Below, piece by piece: positions 27,701 to 39,700 of a DNA stretch of 64,000 nt. The stretch comes from a virus (taxonomy: Duplodnaviria > Caudoviricetes): positions 1,976 to 65,975 of IMG/VR virus record IMGVR_UViG_3300046794_000491, one strand, 5' to 3'. The notes beneath the pieces are model-generated. The model saw only the letters and a list, made by a program, of their open reading frames with translations. It was not told the origin of the DNA and did no database searches. Both the position numbers and the translations under genes were made by a program. Every line of letters starts with the position of its first letter. Position 1 is the stretch's first letter.

Positions 27701-30700
27701 AGCTCCGGGTCCACGGTCGGGCCGGTCACGGGGTCCACGGCCGGGGCGGGCTCGTGGGTCGTGATCGGGTCGTTCGCCAGCGGGGCGTCCTCCGGGCCGA
27801 GGTCGGGAGCGCCACCGTCCGCGGCCGCGGCCCGCTGCATCTCCGTGTCGCTGGGCACAGCCAGCGTGTTGGTGTCGCCGGAAGTGGTGTCCTCCAGACC
27901 GAGGTAGCTGGTCTGCCCCGAGTGCTGGGCAGTCTTGACCTTGACGGTGCGGTTCCCGCGCACGAGCACGTCACCCGGCTGGATTTCACCGGCGGTGACG
28001 GGCTCCACGTGGGCGACCTTCTCGTCGGCGGGGCCGGACGAGTCGGAGCCACCCAGGACGCGCAGGTCGCGGATACTCATGGGCTCCATGCCCTGCGGGG
28101 TGGCGACGGTCGCGGTGTCGCCGTCGACCTCCTCCACGGTGCCGAGCATGTTGCCGTCCCGGTCGCCGACCACGTTGCCGGTATCGACGCGGTGCCCGTC
28201 GGGTGTCCATCCGGTGGGCCGGGCCGCGCCGCCGTCGGTGACGGTGAGGGAGCTCGGCGCGTGCGCGTCGTCGGTGCGGTCGTCGCCGAACTGCACCTGC
28301 GCAGTGCCGGCGGTCGCGCCGACCACGACGCCTTCGCGGCCGTCGTCGTCGGTGACGGTCGAGCCGGGGAACAACCCGTTGCCGTCTGCGTCGTTGGCCA
28401 CCCGGCCGGAGATCCGGCCGGTGAGGACGTCCGAGTCCGCGCCGGTCTGGAGCGAGCCGGTGTCAGAGGCGTCGCCCGTGGCACGGGCCGCCGTGGCGTC
28501 CTGCGCCACCCACACCGAACCCCGCGCGCCCTTGCCGTCCGGGGTGTCGGCGATCAGGACGCGGTACATGTCCTGAACCTTGCGGGCCTGCTCCGTCGGG
28601 ACCAGCTCCGGCCCGCCCACGACGTACCCGGCGAGGGTGCGGGACGTGCCGCGCTTGGTGATGCCGTCGATGCGGACCAGGTCGCCCATGGCGATGTCGG
28701 AGACCTTGACCCACTCGGCGGGGCGGCCGCCGACCGGCTCGGGCTCGGCCGGGGCCTCCGGCTCCGCCTGGTCTGCCGCCGCCTGCTGCGCAGTCTCGGG
28801 CTCCGGCCGCGCCGCCGGGGCCGGACGGTCCGCGGCCGAGCTGCCGGTCTCGGGCGTGGAGCGCTGTGCGTCCGCCGCCGGGGCGTTGGTGCGGGTGTCC
28901 GAGTCCGGGCGAGGCTCCTCGGCGTTCTGCGCCGTCGTACGGGCCTCGCCGGAGGGCGTTCCCGCAGTCCGCTCGGGTGTGGCTACCGGAGTCTCGCCGA
29001 CCTGGCGACCGTAGGTGTGCTCGTCCACGGGCAGGGTGATGTCATCCACGGAGGCGAGGCGTTCCACGCTGTCCCCGACGGGGATGATGAACGTATTCCC
29101 GTCGAGCTTGTGGGCGCCCACCGGGCTGTCGGCGACGGTGATGCGCAGACCCTTATGCCGCTTCTTGTTGACGGTGAACGTCGCCTTGCTGGGCTCACCG
29201 ACCACGTAGCCGGTCCTGGAGTCGGTCGCTCCCGGGTAGCGGTCGGTGACCCGGCCGGCGAGGTGCACGATGTCACCCGCGCGGAGGTCGGTGACGGGGA
29301 CCTTCCGCGAGTTGTCCCTGCCGCCCTCGTCCAGAAGCGTGCTGAGGAACTGCTTGGCGGCCCGGGCCTTGCTGGTCTCGTGATGCATGGCCCGCGGGTC
29401 CTCGGGCCGCAGCACGTCCAGGTACTCGCGGATCTGGTCGGCCAGCCAGCCGGGGCCGAGGATGTACTTGTGCTTCAAGTCGGCGGGCTGGTGCTTGTAG
29501 TGCGTGGAGTCCAACCACCGCAGCTCATCGTGCAGGTGGTCGAGATCGTCCGCAACGTTCCCACTGACCGTCTCGCCACGGCCGAGGGCATCGACCAGGG
29601 CGCGAATCTTCCGGTAGCGCTCCATGGCCGCCGGGCTGTCGTTCAGCGACTCCAGGCCGCGCAACCCTTCTTCCTCGGGCGGGAAGCCGAGACCCGGGTT
29701 CGTGTGCGAGAAGTCCCAAGCGATGTCGGGGTGGACGATGCTCAGGTCGGGCTCGCCCTGTTCCATGTCCCGCAGCACGAGATAGGCGATGGCCTGATCC
29801 CGGGTGGTGAATCTGGGCTCGTGAAGATAGGTGGCGAGGGGCAGCTCGCCTTCCCACAACTGCGGGGGCTCTTCCGTGTAGAAGCCGTGGCGGTTCGGCT
29901 CCCGCAGGTTGCCGATCAGCCGGCCGTTGCGCCAGACCTCTCCGTCCTTGTCCGAGCGGATCCTCGGCTCGGGCACGAACCCCTGCGCGGCAAGTTCCTG
30001 CATGCGTTCGGGCGATCCGAAGAGAGCACGCTCGCCCTCGTCGTCGATGGCGCGGTCCTCGCCGACCTCGTACTGCTCCATCTCCTCGGGCGTCGGAATG
30101 CGCCGACCGTCCACGGTGCCCGCACGGCGCTCTCCCAAGGGGTGTGCGGAGTTGATGCCGTACTGGGACGCTGCGGCAGACGCCGGGGCGTCGCCCGTGG
30201 GCACCGCGCGGCCGGCGTCCGGCGTCCCCTCGGGCTGGCCCGGGCGCCCCACGCGGATGATCTCGTCCGTGGGCAGGCCCGTGTCCTCGGCGCGAGCGAA
30301 GCGGGTGATCCCCTTGTTCTTGTCGGGGATCAGGAAGGTGCGGCGCTTGGCGAGCCGTCCTGGCGGGATGAAGGGGGTGTCCGAGACGGTGATCCGCCAG
30401 CCACTGACGGGGCCACCCTTCCGCCCGATGTCGATGGTCGTCTTGATGGGCTCACCGACGATGTACCCCTGCTCCTTGCGACGCTCGGGCCCGAAAGACA
30501 CATCCGCGAGTCCGGAAATCTCCACCAGGTCGCCATTGCGCAGGCCCTCGGGTGCGACCGTTTCGGCGTCCTCCTTCTTCACCTTGGCCAACTGGCCGTG
30601 CATGTACGCGGCAGCGTCCTCGTCCCGCTGGCGAGCGTGGTTGTGGGCGAGCGGGTGCTCCGGGCTGATGGTGTCCAGGGCGAAGGAGCTGCGTTCCATA

Positions 30701-33700
30701 ACGCGGCCGAGACTGGATCGCAGGCCCGTCACGCCTTCCGTCGTGTCGGGGCGGGGGAAGTTCTCGTACAGCCATTGGGCGCCGGTGAACGCATTCGCGA
30801 GGTCGTCCGCCACGTTGTCGCTCGGACTCTGCCCGTTGTGGAGCGAATCCATAAGCTGCTTGAGAGCGGCCAGCCGCTCCTTGCCTTCGGGACTGTAGGC
30901 CGCCAGTGCGGCCTGATCCTCCTCTCGGTGGTCATCGACCGACATGAACCTGAACTCGCGTGCTTGCTCCGGGCTGATCCGGCTCACATCGCGGTAGTTG
31001 TCGTGAGCCTCGCTCGCCAGAACTAGGTAGGCCAGGGCCGCGTTCCTGCTGCTGAACCTGGGAGTGTCATGCACGCCAGCGCCCGGGAAGGGCAGCTGCG
31101 CTTCCCACTCCTTGAGCTTCTGGCCATTGGCGCGGATGTTGCCGATGTACCTGCCCTTGTACCAGGTGTGCGGCACATGGACTTCGTCGATGCGCACCTG
31201 CGTGGTCTGCCCGGCGAGTTCAGCCGTCCGCGCCTTCGGGTCCGGACCGAACAGCAGCTTCTCCCCTTCGGGGGTGACAAGCCGCTCTACCTGGCTCCAG
31301 TGCTCAGCGAGTTCCGGCAGGCTCAGGAAGCGGCCGCCGTTCTCGTCCGGGCCCGAGTTGGTGTCGGCTCCGCTGGCGTGAGGCGCCCGACCGCCCCCGT
31401 TCCGGTCGTTGCCGCCCGAACCGCCCGCGCCGGGAGCGGTGCCACGGTTGCCGTCGCCGGGGCCGCTGAGGTGCGGGACCCCAGGCAGGCCGGGGCCACC
31501 GGCACCGCCAGCACCGTTGCCGAGCCGGTTACGGCGACGGCGGCGCCCGTCACGGTCGTCGTTGTTGTCCTCGGAGTCGTCGCGCTCGTCGGTCTGGTCG
31601 CGCTCCTCCTGGCCCTGCCCGCCGTCGCTGACATCGTCGTTGGGCGTGCTGTTGTCGCCTTCCGAGGAGCCGTCGGCGCTGTCGCTGGGGCCCGCCTCAG
31701 CGTCGCCCTCGCGGTTGCTCAGGCTCGGCAGGTCCCGATCCTGCATGTCGCGGGCGAACCCGCGAGCCGCTTCCTCGGGGGTGTCGTATCGGCCTTCACC
31801 CCTCTGGCCGCCCGGCCGCCACCAGTAGTACTCATCCGTGTCCTTGTCCCGGCCGAGAAGGCCTTCGATACGGCCGTCGACATAGATGTTGCGGGGCCCG
31901 GACACCCCCTTCTTCGGCTTGTCGACCCAGATCCCGTTTCCGAGGTCGTCGGCCCACTCGGGCACGTCGGCATCGCCGCGGGCGCCGTCGCCCGACTCAG
32001 GCGCGTCAGGCTGCATACCGCGCCTGCTGAACGGGTCGTGCTCGCCAGGCGGCGCCATGGTGGCCGACGCCTCCAGCGAACGGGCCTGAGAGCGCAGCCC
32101 CTTGGCCAAACCGCGGTACAGCTTTTCGCGGCGGCGCCCGTCCGCGGTGCTCAGGTCCAGCGCGTCGGCCTCACTGTCGACGGCGTCAGCCGCATGCCGC
32201 ATCTGCCCCGCCGACACAGGCCCGGCGTAGTACTTCGTGCCCACGTGGCGCAGGTCCGCGTCGTCGCTGCTCTCCCAGCGCTTGGCGAGATCCTGGAACT
32301 CGCGGAACTGCGCCTCAGTCAGCAGCGTGCCCATGATCGGACCCCGCTGGTCCTCCGGGCGGGTCACGCCCTGGCCGCGGGACGGGTCCACGCTGGAATC
32401 CGCCCCGTAGGCGGCCGACCAGGCGGCCCGCTCGATGGAGTGGTAGATGCCGTCCTCGCCGTCACCCTCGGAGACGGCAGCCGCCGGTGTCATCGGGCGG
32501 CCGCCGCGTGCGTCCTGTGCCAGCCACGTGGCTTCACCCTTGGGCCCGCGAGCGCGGATCCAGGCCACCATCTCGCCGTCCCGCATGATGGCGCCGTGCC
32601 CGGCGTCCACATCGAGGTTGGCGAGCCGGTAGCCGTCCATGGTCTTGATCGGCGCGCCTTCGCTGGTGGCAGCCGCCGCCAGCCACGCGTCTTCTTCCGC
32701 GCGTCTGCCGCGGGTCTCCGCCTGACGGACCGCTTCGGCTTCCGACATGTCCTGACCCGGGCGCTTGAGCTCGGAGAGGGCGACGGGGCGCAGTCCGATG
32801 TCGGTGGCGACCAGGGCTACGCCGTTGTCGGCGACGTGCTGGATGGTGCCCTGCTCGTCCTGCGGGGTGATCACCTCGTCGCCTTCGGCCCATGCGCCGG
32901 TGCCGGCGGCCGGGGCGTTGTCGGCCTCCGGCGCGGTCGGGGTCGGCTCGGTGTCCGCGGGCTGCGGAGTGTCCGCGGCCGCGGGAGCCTGCGGGGCGTT
33001 CGCATCGCCCGTCTCCGGGGCGATGGCGTCACCACGGAGGTCCGCCAGGTCGTTGCGGACCTGCTCGGGATCGAGCTTGACCGGGGCGTCGCCGCCAGCC
33101 GACGGGTAGCGGCCCTCGGCGATTGCCTGGTTCAGCTCGCCATCGGAGGCGACCGGCAGAAGCGGCTGCTTCTGCCCGTTGAGGCGCTGCACCTGCGCGA
33201 CGCTGATGTCCTGCTCGCGCCTCTGGCCGTCGTCCTCGTACCGGGCGATCAGCCCAGGGGCGTCGACCCGGGCGACCTCGCCGGTGTGGAAAGTGCCGTC
33301 CTCCCCCTGGAAGTTGATCCGGTCGCCGGTCTTGAAGTCGTCCGGCACCCAGTCACGCCGGTACTCGCCGGTGGGCGGCTGCGTCGGGTCCTCGTCGTTG
33401 ACGGCCTCGAACACCCAGCCCAGAGACCCGGAGTCGAGGACGTCGGTAGCCCGGGTCACGGAGACGTACGCGACGCGCAGCGCCTCATCGTCGGGCATGG
33501 TGTCCCACTTGATGTTGCCGTTGTCGTCGCGCTCCGGGCCGCGGAAGTCGTCGGCGACGCGGACCCGTTCGGACTCCAGGCCCTTGGACTTGTGGGCCGT
33601 GGTCACCAGAACGTCGTGTTCCTGGGTCTCGGGGACCAGGCGGCCACCCTCGGCCTCCTCCTGCGGGTACAGCTTCGCCAGGTGCGCGTCGATCTTCTTC

Positions 33701-36700
33701 TGCGCGTCTTCCAGCGACAGCTTGTTGTCGACGCGGTGCTCGCCGCTGCGGCCGGTGCGCGCGTCCTTCCACGGAACGTTCCGCTTGCCAGGCTCGTAGT
33801 AGTAGCGGCGGGTCGCCGGGTCGTACAGCAGCTTGCCGACGCCGTTGGTCTTGGCGTCGCCGAGCCACCGCTTCAGCTGGCCGGCCTTCGGGTCGTTCCA
33901 GTCGAGCGTGACCCACACGCGGCCGCCGACGTTCTCCGAACGCGCGGACTGCGCGCCGGACTCCATCAGCTGGTCGATCTCGTCCGGGTGCTTCTCCAGC
34001 AGCTGGAACAGGCTCTTCAGCTGCGACAGGTCTGGGTCGTCCTTGACCGCATCAAGGATGTCGTCGTAGGCCATGCCGTTGAACCGGGCGAGCTCGGCAT
34101 GATCGGTGTGCTCCCCATTGGCGAGCGCCCGGGCGGCCTGCACGAACTCCTGCAAGTCCTTCACGCCACCGGACACGGCGACCCGGCGGCCGGCGGCGAG
34201 CGCCTCCACCGCGGCGAGTGCGACACCGGCGTTCGTGCGGGCGATGACCATGGTCTCGTCGCCCGGCTTGATGTTGCCGAGCCGCGACTTCTTCCGGTCG
34301 AAGCCCTTCAGCCGCATGCGCGTGCCCAGCAGGCGGAGGAATCGGTTGCCGACGTCGGCGACGGCCGGGCCGAACCGGAACGACTGAGTGAGGGTGGCGC
34401 GGGCGTCGACCGGCAGCTTGCCGAGGGCGTCAGCGGCGCCGCGGAAGCCGTAGATGGCCTGGTTGGAGTCGCCGACCGCGACGACCTGCACGCCCTGGTC
34501 GATGGCGCCGCGGACCACGCCTTCCATGACGGGGTTGACGTCCTGCGCTTCGTCCCAGAACAGCGTGTCGGCGTCGATCTTGTACCCGCCGAGCGCCCAC
34601 ATCTTGACGATGTAGTCGAAATCCATCGTCAGGTCTTCGTCGGCGTCACCGCGGGTGGGGTCCGAGAGGTTCGCCCACATGCGATCTGCGAGCGGCTTGA
34701 CCGCGTTGAACAGGTCCCGGGCCTCTTGCTTGGTCTTGGCGCCGGTGATGTGCTGCGGGCCCATCTCGGCGTCAGCGGACTTCGCCCACGTGCGGATCAT
34801 GCGCTCCGCGACCGTGGCCGCGCCGCCCGGGGACAGGTCCCGGTTACCGGCCTTGACCGTGTCGTACCAGCGCATCCGGTCGGCGATCTGCTGCGCGGAC
34901 AGCTTCTTGAAGCCGTCGCGCTTGTTGCTGGGCAGGCGGTTGTTCAGCCGCTTGTCCGCGACCTTCGCGGCGTAGCTGTTCGCCGTGGAGGCGGTGAGGT
35001 TCTGCGCGTACTCGCCGCGGGCCTGCGCCTCACGCGCCTCGTTCGCGACGGACCGGTTGAACGCCAGGTAGACGATCCTCTTGCCCGGCATGCGATGCGA
35101 CAGCATCTTGAGCGTCGAGGACTTGCCGGTACCGGCAAGCGCCATCACGGCCATGTTCAGGCCGCGACGGGCCGCGCCCTCGATGATGATGCCCTGCTCT
35201 TCGGTGGGCGGGTAGGACTCGTTCGCGGACGCCTCGGCGTCGATGCGCGCCCACTCGTCGTCGGAGTAGCCGCCGGGCTTGGCCGCGGGCAGATCCTCCA
35301 CCCGGTGGGCCAGGCCGCGGGTCTCGGCGTCGTTCAGGCCGTACCCGGCGAGCCGGTCACGGATGACGTCACCGCGCTTCCGCGGGATCGCCTTGCCGTT
35401 CTCGTCGTGCTCGACGGTCGGCTTCCAGCGTCGCCGTTCCTCTTCGTCCAGCTCGAACTGCCGCTGCTCCAGCCGGAACCGGTAGGCGAGATCGACGGGA
35501 TCGGTGGCGCCCTTCAGGGACTCGATCCGCTCGTCGAGGGAGTCGAGCTCCTCGCCGAGCTGGTCGGCGCTCATGTCGGCTGGCGGGGTGGCCGGGACCG
35601 GGCGCACGTCGGACGGGGCGGTCCGCTGCGGCCGCGGGGCCTGCGGGGCGGTGCCGCCCGTACTCGCAGCCGGGGCCGCGGCGGGCTCCGGCGTCGGAGG
35701 CGTGGGCTGCTGGTCCTGGCGGTTGGCCTGCGGCGTGGGGCTCTGCGGGTTCTGCTGGAACTCGCCGTTGCGGGTGCGGCCAACGACGTCGATGTACTGC
35801 ACTTCGCGTTCCGCGCCCTGGGGGTTCCGCAGGAGGGCCGCGCCCGGGCCGGTCGAGCGCACGAACTCGCCCTTCTGGAGGGCGTTCATGGCGTTGGGGT
35901 TGCGGAAGTGCACAGTGTCGCCGGGCTGGAAGTCCCCATCCCGCCACCCGGCGGCGGTGGACGGCGCCACACTGCCAGCGGCCGGGGCCTCGGGAGCCTC
36001 CGAGGCGGACGCCTGGTCACCCATCAGGCTGCGCCGGAACTGCTCCTGCGCCTCCCGCTCGATGCTCCCCTGCTGCGCGTCCTCACGGCGGCGCTTCTCG
36101 ACCGAGACCGCGTGGCGGGCAAGGTAGTCGTCGGCGGTCCGCATGAAGTTGGACAGCGGGTCTTCCATGCCCGGGCGGTCGACGTCGTCCAGACTGCTCC
36201 GCAGGGCCTGCGCGTCGTCCTGGGCCGCGACCAGGGAACCGGCCGCGTCGTCGAAGTCGCCGGCCTCCTGTGCGGCGATGGCCGCGAACACGTTGTCGCG
36301 GAGCGAGCGGGCTGTGCCGGGCACGTCGCGGCCCCAGGTGGTTTCCGCGGCCCGGGTGACCTGACCCTGGGCTGCTTCCACGGTGGCCATGCCCGCACTC
36401 CACTCACGCGCGTTGGCGAACGGGCGCACGGTGTCGGCTTGGTTTCGGGCCGGACGGGGACGGTCTTCCTGGGGCGGCGTGGTGCGCGGCGCCGGGGGTT
36501 GCTGTGGGCTGGCGCCCGGGATGCCATTGGCGGGTGCCGCCGGGCGTTGGACGGGCTCGGGGCTGTCCTGAGACGGGGACGGGGTGGTGTCCGTCTGGCT
36601 TTCGCCTTCGGGCGCCTCGTCGGCCGCGTCCAGCTCCGCGAGACGGGCGGCGCGCGCCTTCTCCCGCTCCTCGCCGATGGACTTGGCCCGGCGCTCGCCC

Positions 36701-39700
36701 TCCGGCGTGAGGACGTAGTACGTGATCGAGCCGCCGCCCACGCGGGGCTTGCTCCGCTCCTCGGCGTACCCGAGCTTGAGCAGTCGGCGGAGCACGTTCG
36801 GGTGGGCTTCGATCTGCCGGCCGTCGGGCGAGCGGACCGAGTTCAGTGCGCTCTCCAGCGCTGCTGCCTGTGCCGTGGTGAGGTTCGGCTCGGCCGGGGC
36901 CTGCTGCGGGGGCGTGGTGGTGTCGTCGCTCGCGGACGGATTGCTGCTGGCCGACTCGTCACCCTGCCCGGTGGGTGTCGCGGGCTTCTCCTTGGCCTGG
37001 CGGTTCTTCGCGCGGCGCTGCTGCTCACGCTCCAGCCCGGCGTGACGCACCACGTCCGCGTCGGTGGCCTCGCCCTTCGAGATCCGCTCGGCGAGTTGGT
37101 CGGTCTCCTCCTTCAGGTCGGCGTTGTTCATGCCGAGGGCGTCCGGCTGCGCCGGGGCGGCCTGCGCACTGGACGACGTCCGAGCCAGGAACGCCTCACG
37201 CTTCGCGGCGAGCTTCTTCGCCCGTTCCGCGTCCCGGGCCTCTGTGGTGGGCCATATCCACTTCACGCGGCCCTTGTCGTCCTGCGAGATGGCAGGCGGC
37301 GCCGGGGTCTTCGGGACCAGGTTCACGTCCCGTGCGGCGACCTGCGCAAGAACGTCTTCCTGATCGCTGGACATGGCGCGCAGTTCGGCGTCAAGGCTGT
37401 CGATCTGCTTGTTGCGCTTGGCGGTGTCCTCCTCGGTCACCGTGGGCTGCGCCTTCAGCCGCATGATCTCGTTGAGGAGGTCCAGTTGCCGGGTGGACTC
37501 GTCGAACTCGGTGGCGAGTTCGAACGGCTTCCCGATCCGGCCGGCGGCCTGCTCGGCGGCTCGCTTCTTGTCCGCGCGCCGGTGCTCGGCGCGGTTGATC
37601 CGCTCGTCGATGTTGGCGATCGAGTTCTCGATGCGGGACAGCGGCAGCGAGCGCGGCTTGCCGTCGTGGTCGATGAGTTCGTGGTCCTCGTAGTCCTGCC
37701 AGGCGCCCGGGACCTGGGGCAGGTCGACGCGGACCGTGTCGTACCACTGGTTGCCGATACTGCGGGTGCGGACGAAGCGGGCGGTGACGTCCAGGCCGCC
37801 GACCTGGCCGATCCGGGTGGCGGGCGCATTCTCGTCGTACGGGCGGCGCATGCCGTCGGCGAACACTGCCCGCAGGGCCGTGTTCAGCGCGCGGCGGGCG
37901 TCGTCGCGGGCGTCTCCGCCCTCGAAGTCGGTGGTGCCGATACGGGCGTTGAAGTCGTCGCCGCGGGTGGTCTTGCGCTTCTCGACGGCCTTCTGGAGTT
38001 GCGCGACGTACTGCTTGGTCCACTCCTCGGCCTGCGCGGAGTCGCGGATGGCCTGCTTGAAACCCTCCTGGGAGCGCCGGTAGGCGTTGAAGCGGCCTCG
38101 CAGCCGGTTCACGAGTGGCTTGAGCTGCGCCTGCGCGATCAGGTGCGGGTCACCGGCGGTGAGGGCGCTGACCTCGTCGGCGTCGAAGGTGACGGGGCCG
38201 ATGTCCTCGACGACGCGCTCGGAGAGCGAGCCGCGCATGAGGGCCCGGATGAACTTCGCCTTGCGGGCGATGGCTTCCCAGAACTTCGCGTCGGTGGACC
38301 GCTCGGTGGCGTACTGGAAGATGGCGACTTCGGCGTTGGCGTTGCCCTGCCGGATGACGCGGCCGTTGCGCTGGTCGACGTCGGCGGGCCGCCATGGGGC
38401 GTCCACGTGGTGCAAGGCAACGGCGCGGAGCTGGACGTTGGTCCCGGTGCCCATCTTGGCCGTGGACCCGAGCAAGACGGAGATCTTGCCGGAGCGGGCG
38501 TCGTTGAACAGGCGGGCCTTGGCCGCGTCGTCCTTCGCCTCGTGGATGAAACGTATCTGCTCGGACGGGATGCCCCGGGCGATCAGGAGAGACTTCAGCT
38601 CGTCGTACGTGGAGAAGTCGGTGTAAGTCTCCTCGTCCTCGCGGGACAGCTCGCTGCCGTCGTCGGCGAGGCCGGCGTCCATTTCGTCGGCTTCGGAGCC
38701 GCTGCCGGCCTTCTTCTTCCGCTTCTTGCTGCGACCCGGGTCCTTCGGCGTGCCCAGGTCGAGGAAGACGATCTGTAGGCCGCCCGGCGTCTCGTGCGGG
38801 GTGGCGTCGGTCTTGCTCGTCGGGAAGACGGCGTCCTTCGTCTCCCCGTAGATCCGCACGACGTTGTCCGCGACCGTCGGCAGCTTGTTGCCGCCGCCGA
38901 GGCTGGGGTCCAGAAGGCGCGGGTCGAGCGCGGCCATGCGGCCGTCGCCGAGGAGCTTGAGGTGGTTGTCCTCCTTCGGGTCAACGTTGCCGCCCTCAAG
39001 GCGCGCTGCGCGGATCCGAAGCCGTGCCTCGTACTCCTCCTGCGCCGGGGACATCGGCATAGTGATCGTGACGGCCTTGCCGCCGACGATGCCCGGCACG
39101 GGAAGGTCGAGGTCTTCAGCCGTCTTGACGTCGGCGAACGAACGCCACAGCCGCAGCAGCTCGGGGACGTTCTGGAACGCCGCCAGGCGCGTCTTCTCCT
39201 TGTAGGAGCCGTCAGGGCTGCGCTCGACCGCGGAGACCATCTGCGCGAACGTGGACGCGAAGTCGTCGAAGTCCAGCATCCCGAGCTCTTTGAGCAGGTC
39301 GGGGCGCAGGTAGCGCATCATCGTGTGGACTTCGGCGATGCTGTTCGCGACGGGGGTGGCCGTCGCGAACGTCACGACGCGGCCGGTGGAGGACCGCTCG
39401 CGCAGCCACTCCAGCTTCATCTCCAGGTCGGAGGCCCGGTTGGAACCGTCGATCGCCGCGACCGAGGACGGCGTGTCGAGGTTTTTGTACATGTGGGCTT
39501 CGTCGACCACGAGGTAGTCGACGCCCATGTCCTCGAAGTGCAGGCCCGCGGCGTCCTTGAGGCCGCTGAGCTTCTTGTCCAGCTTCTCCTCAAGGCTCTT
39601 GAGGCTGGCCTCCATCCGCTTGACCAGGCGGGTGTCGTTGCCCTCGCCGTCAGCGTCCTTCTGCCGGAAGATCTTTTCCCGCAGCCGCTCCACGCGGCGG

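Noticed and set aside
31323-31634. Possible second nested gene in a G/R/D-rich linker of the giant protein
   Set aside because: The alternative frame is low-complexity T/A/R text, unlike the globular 42633..42959 ORF
31069-38778. 2569-aa + strand ORF and other long antisense ORFs (3599..7705, 24619..26871, 27046..31026, 38794..42717, 43267..46239, 47167..49176)
   Set aside because: Shadow frames of high-GC genes on the opposite strand; no recognisable motifs
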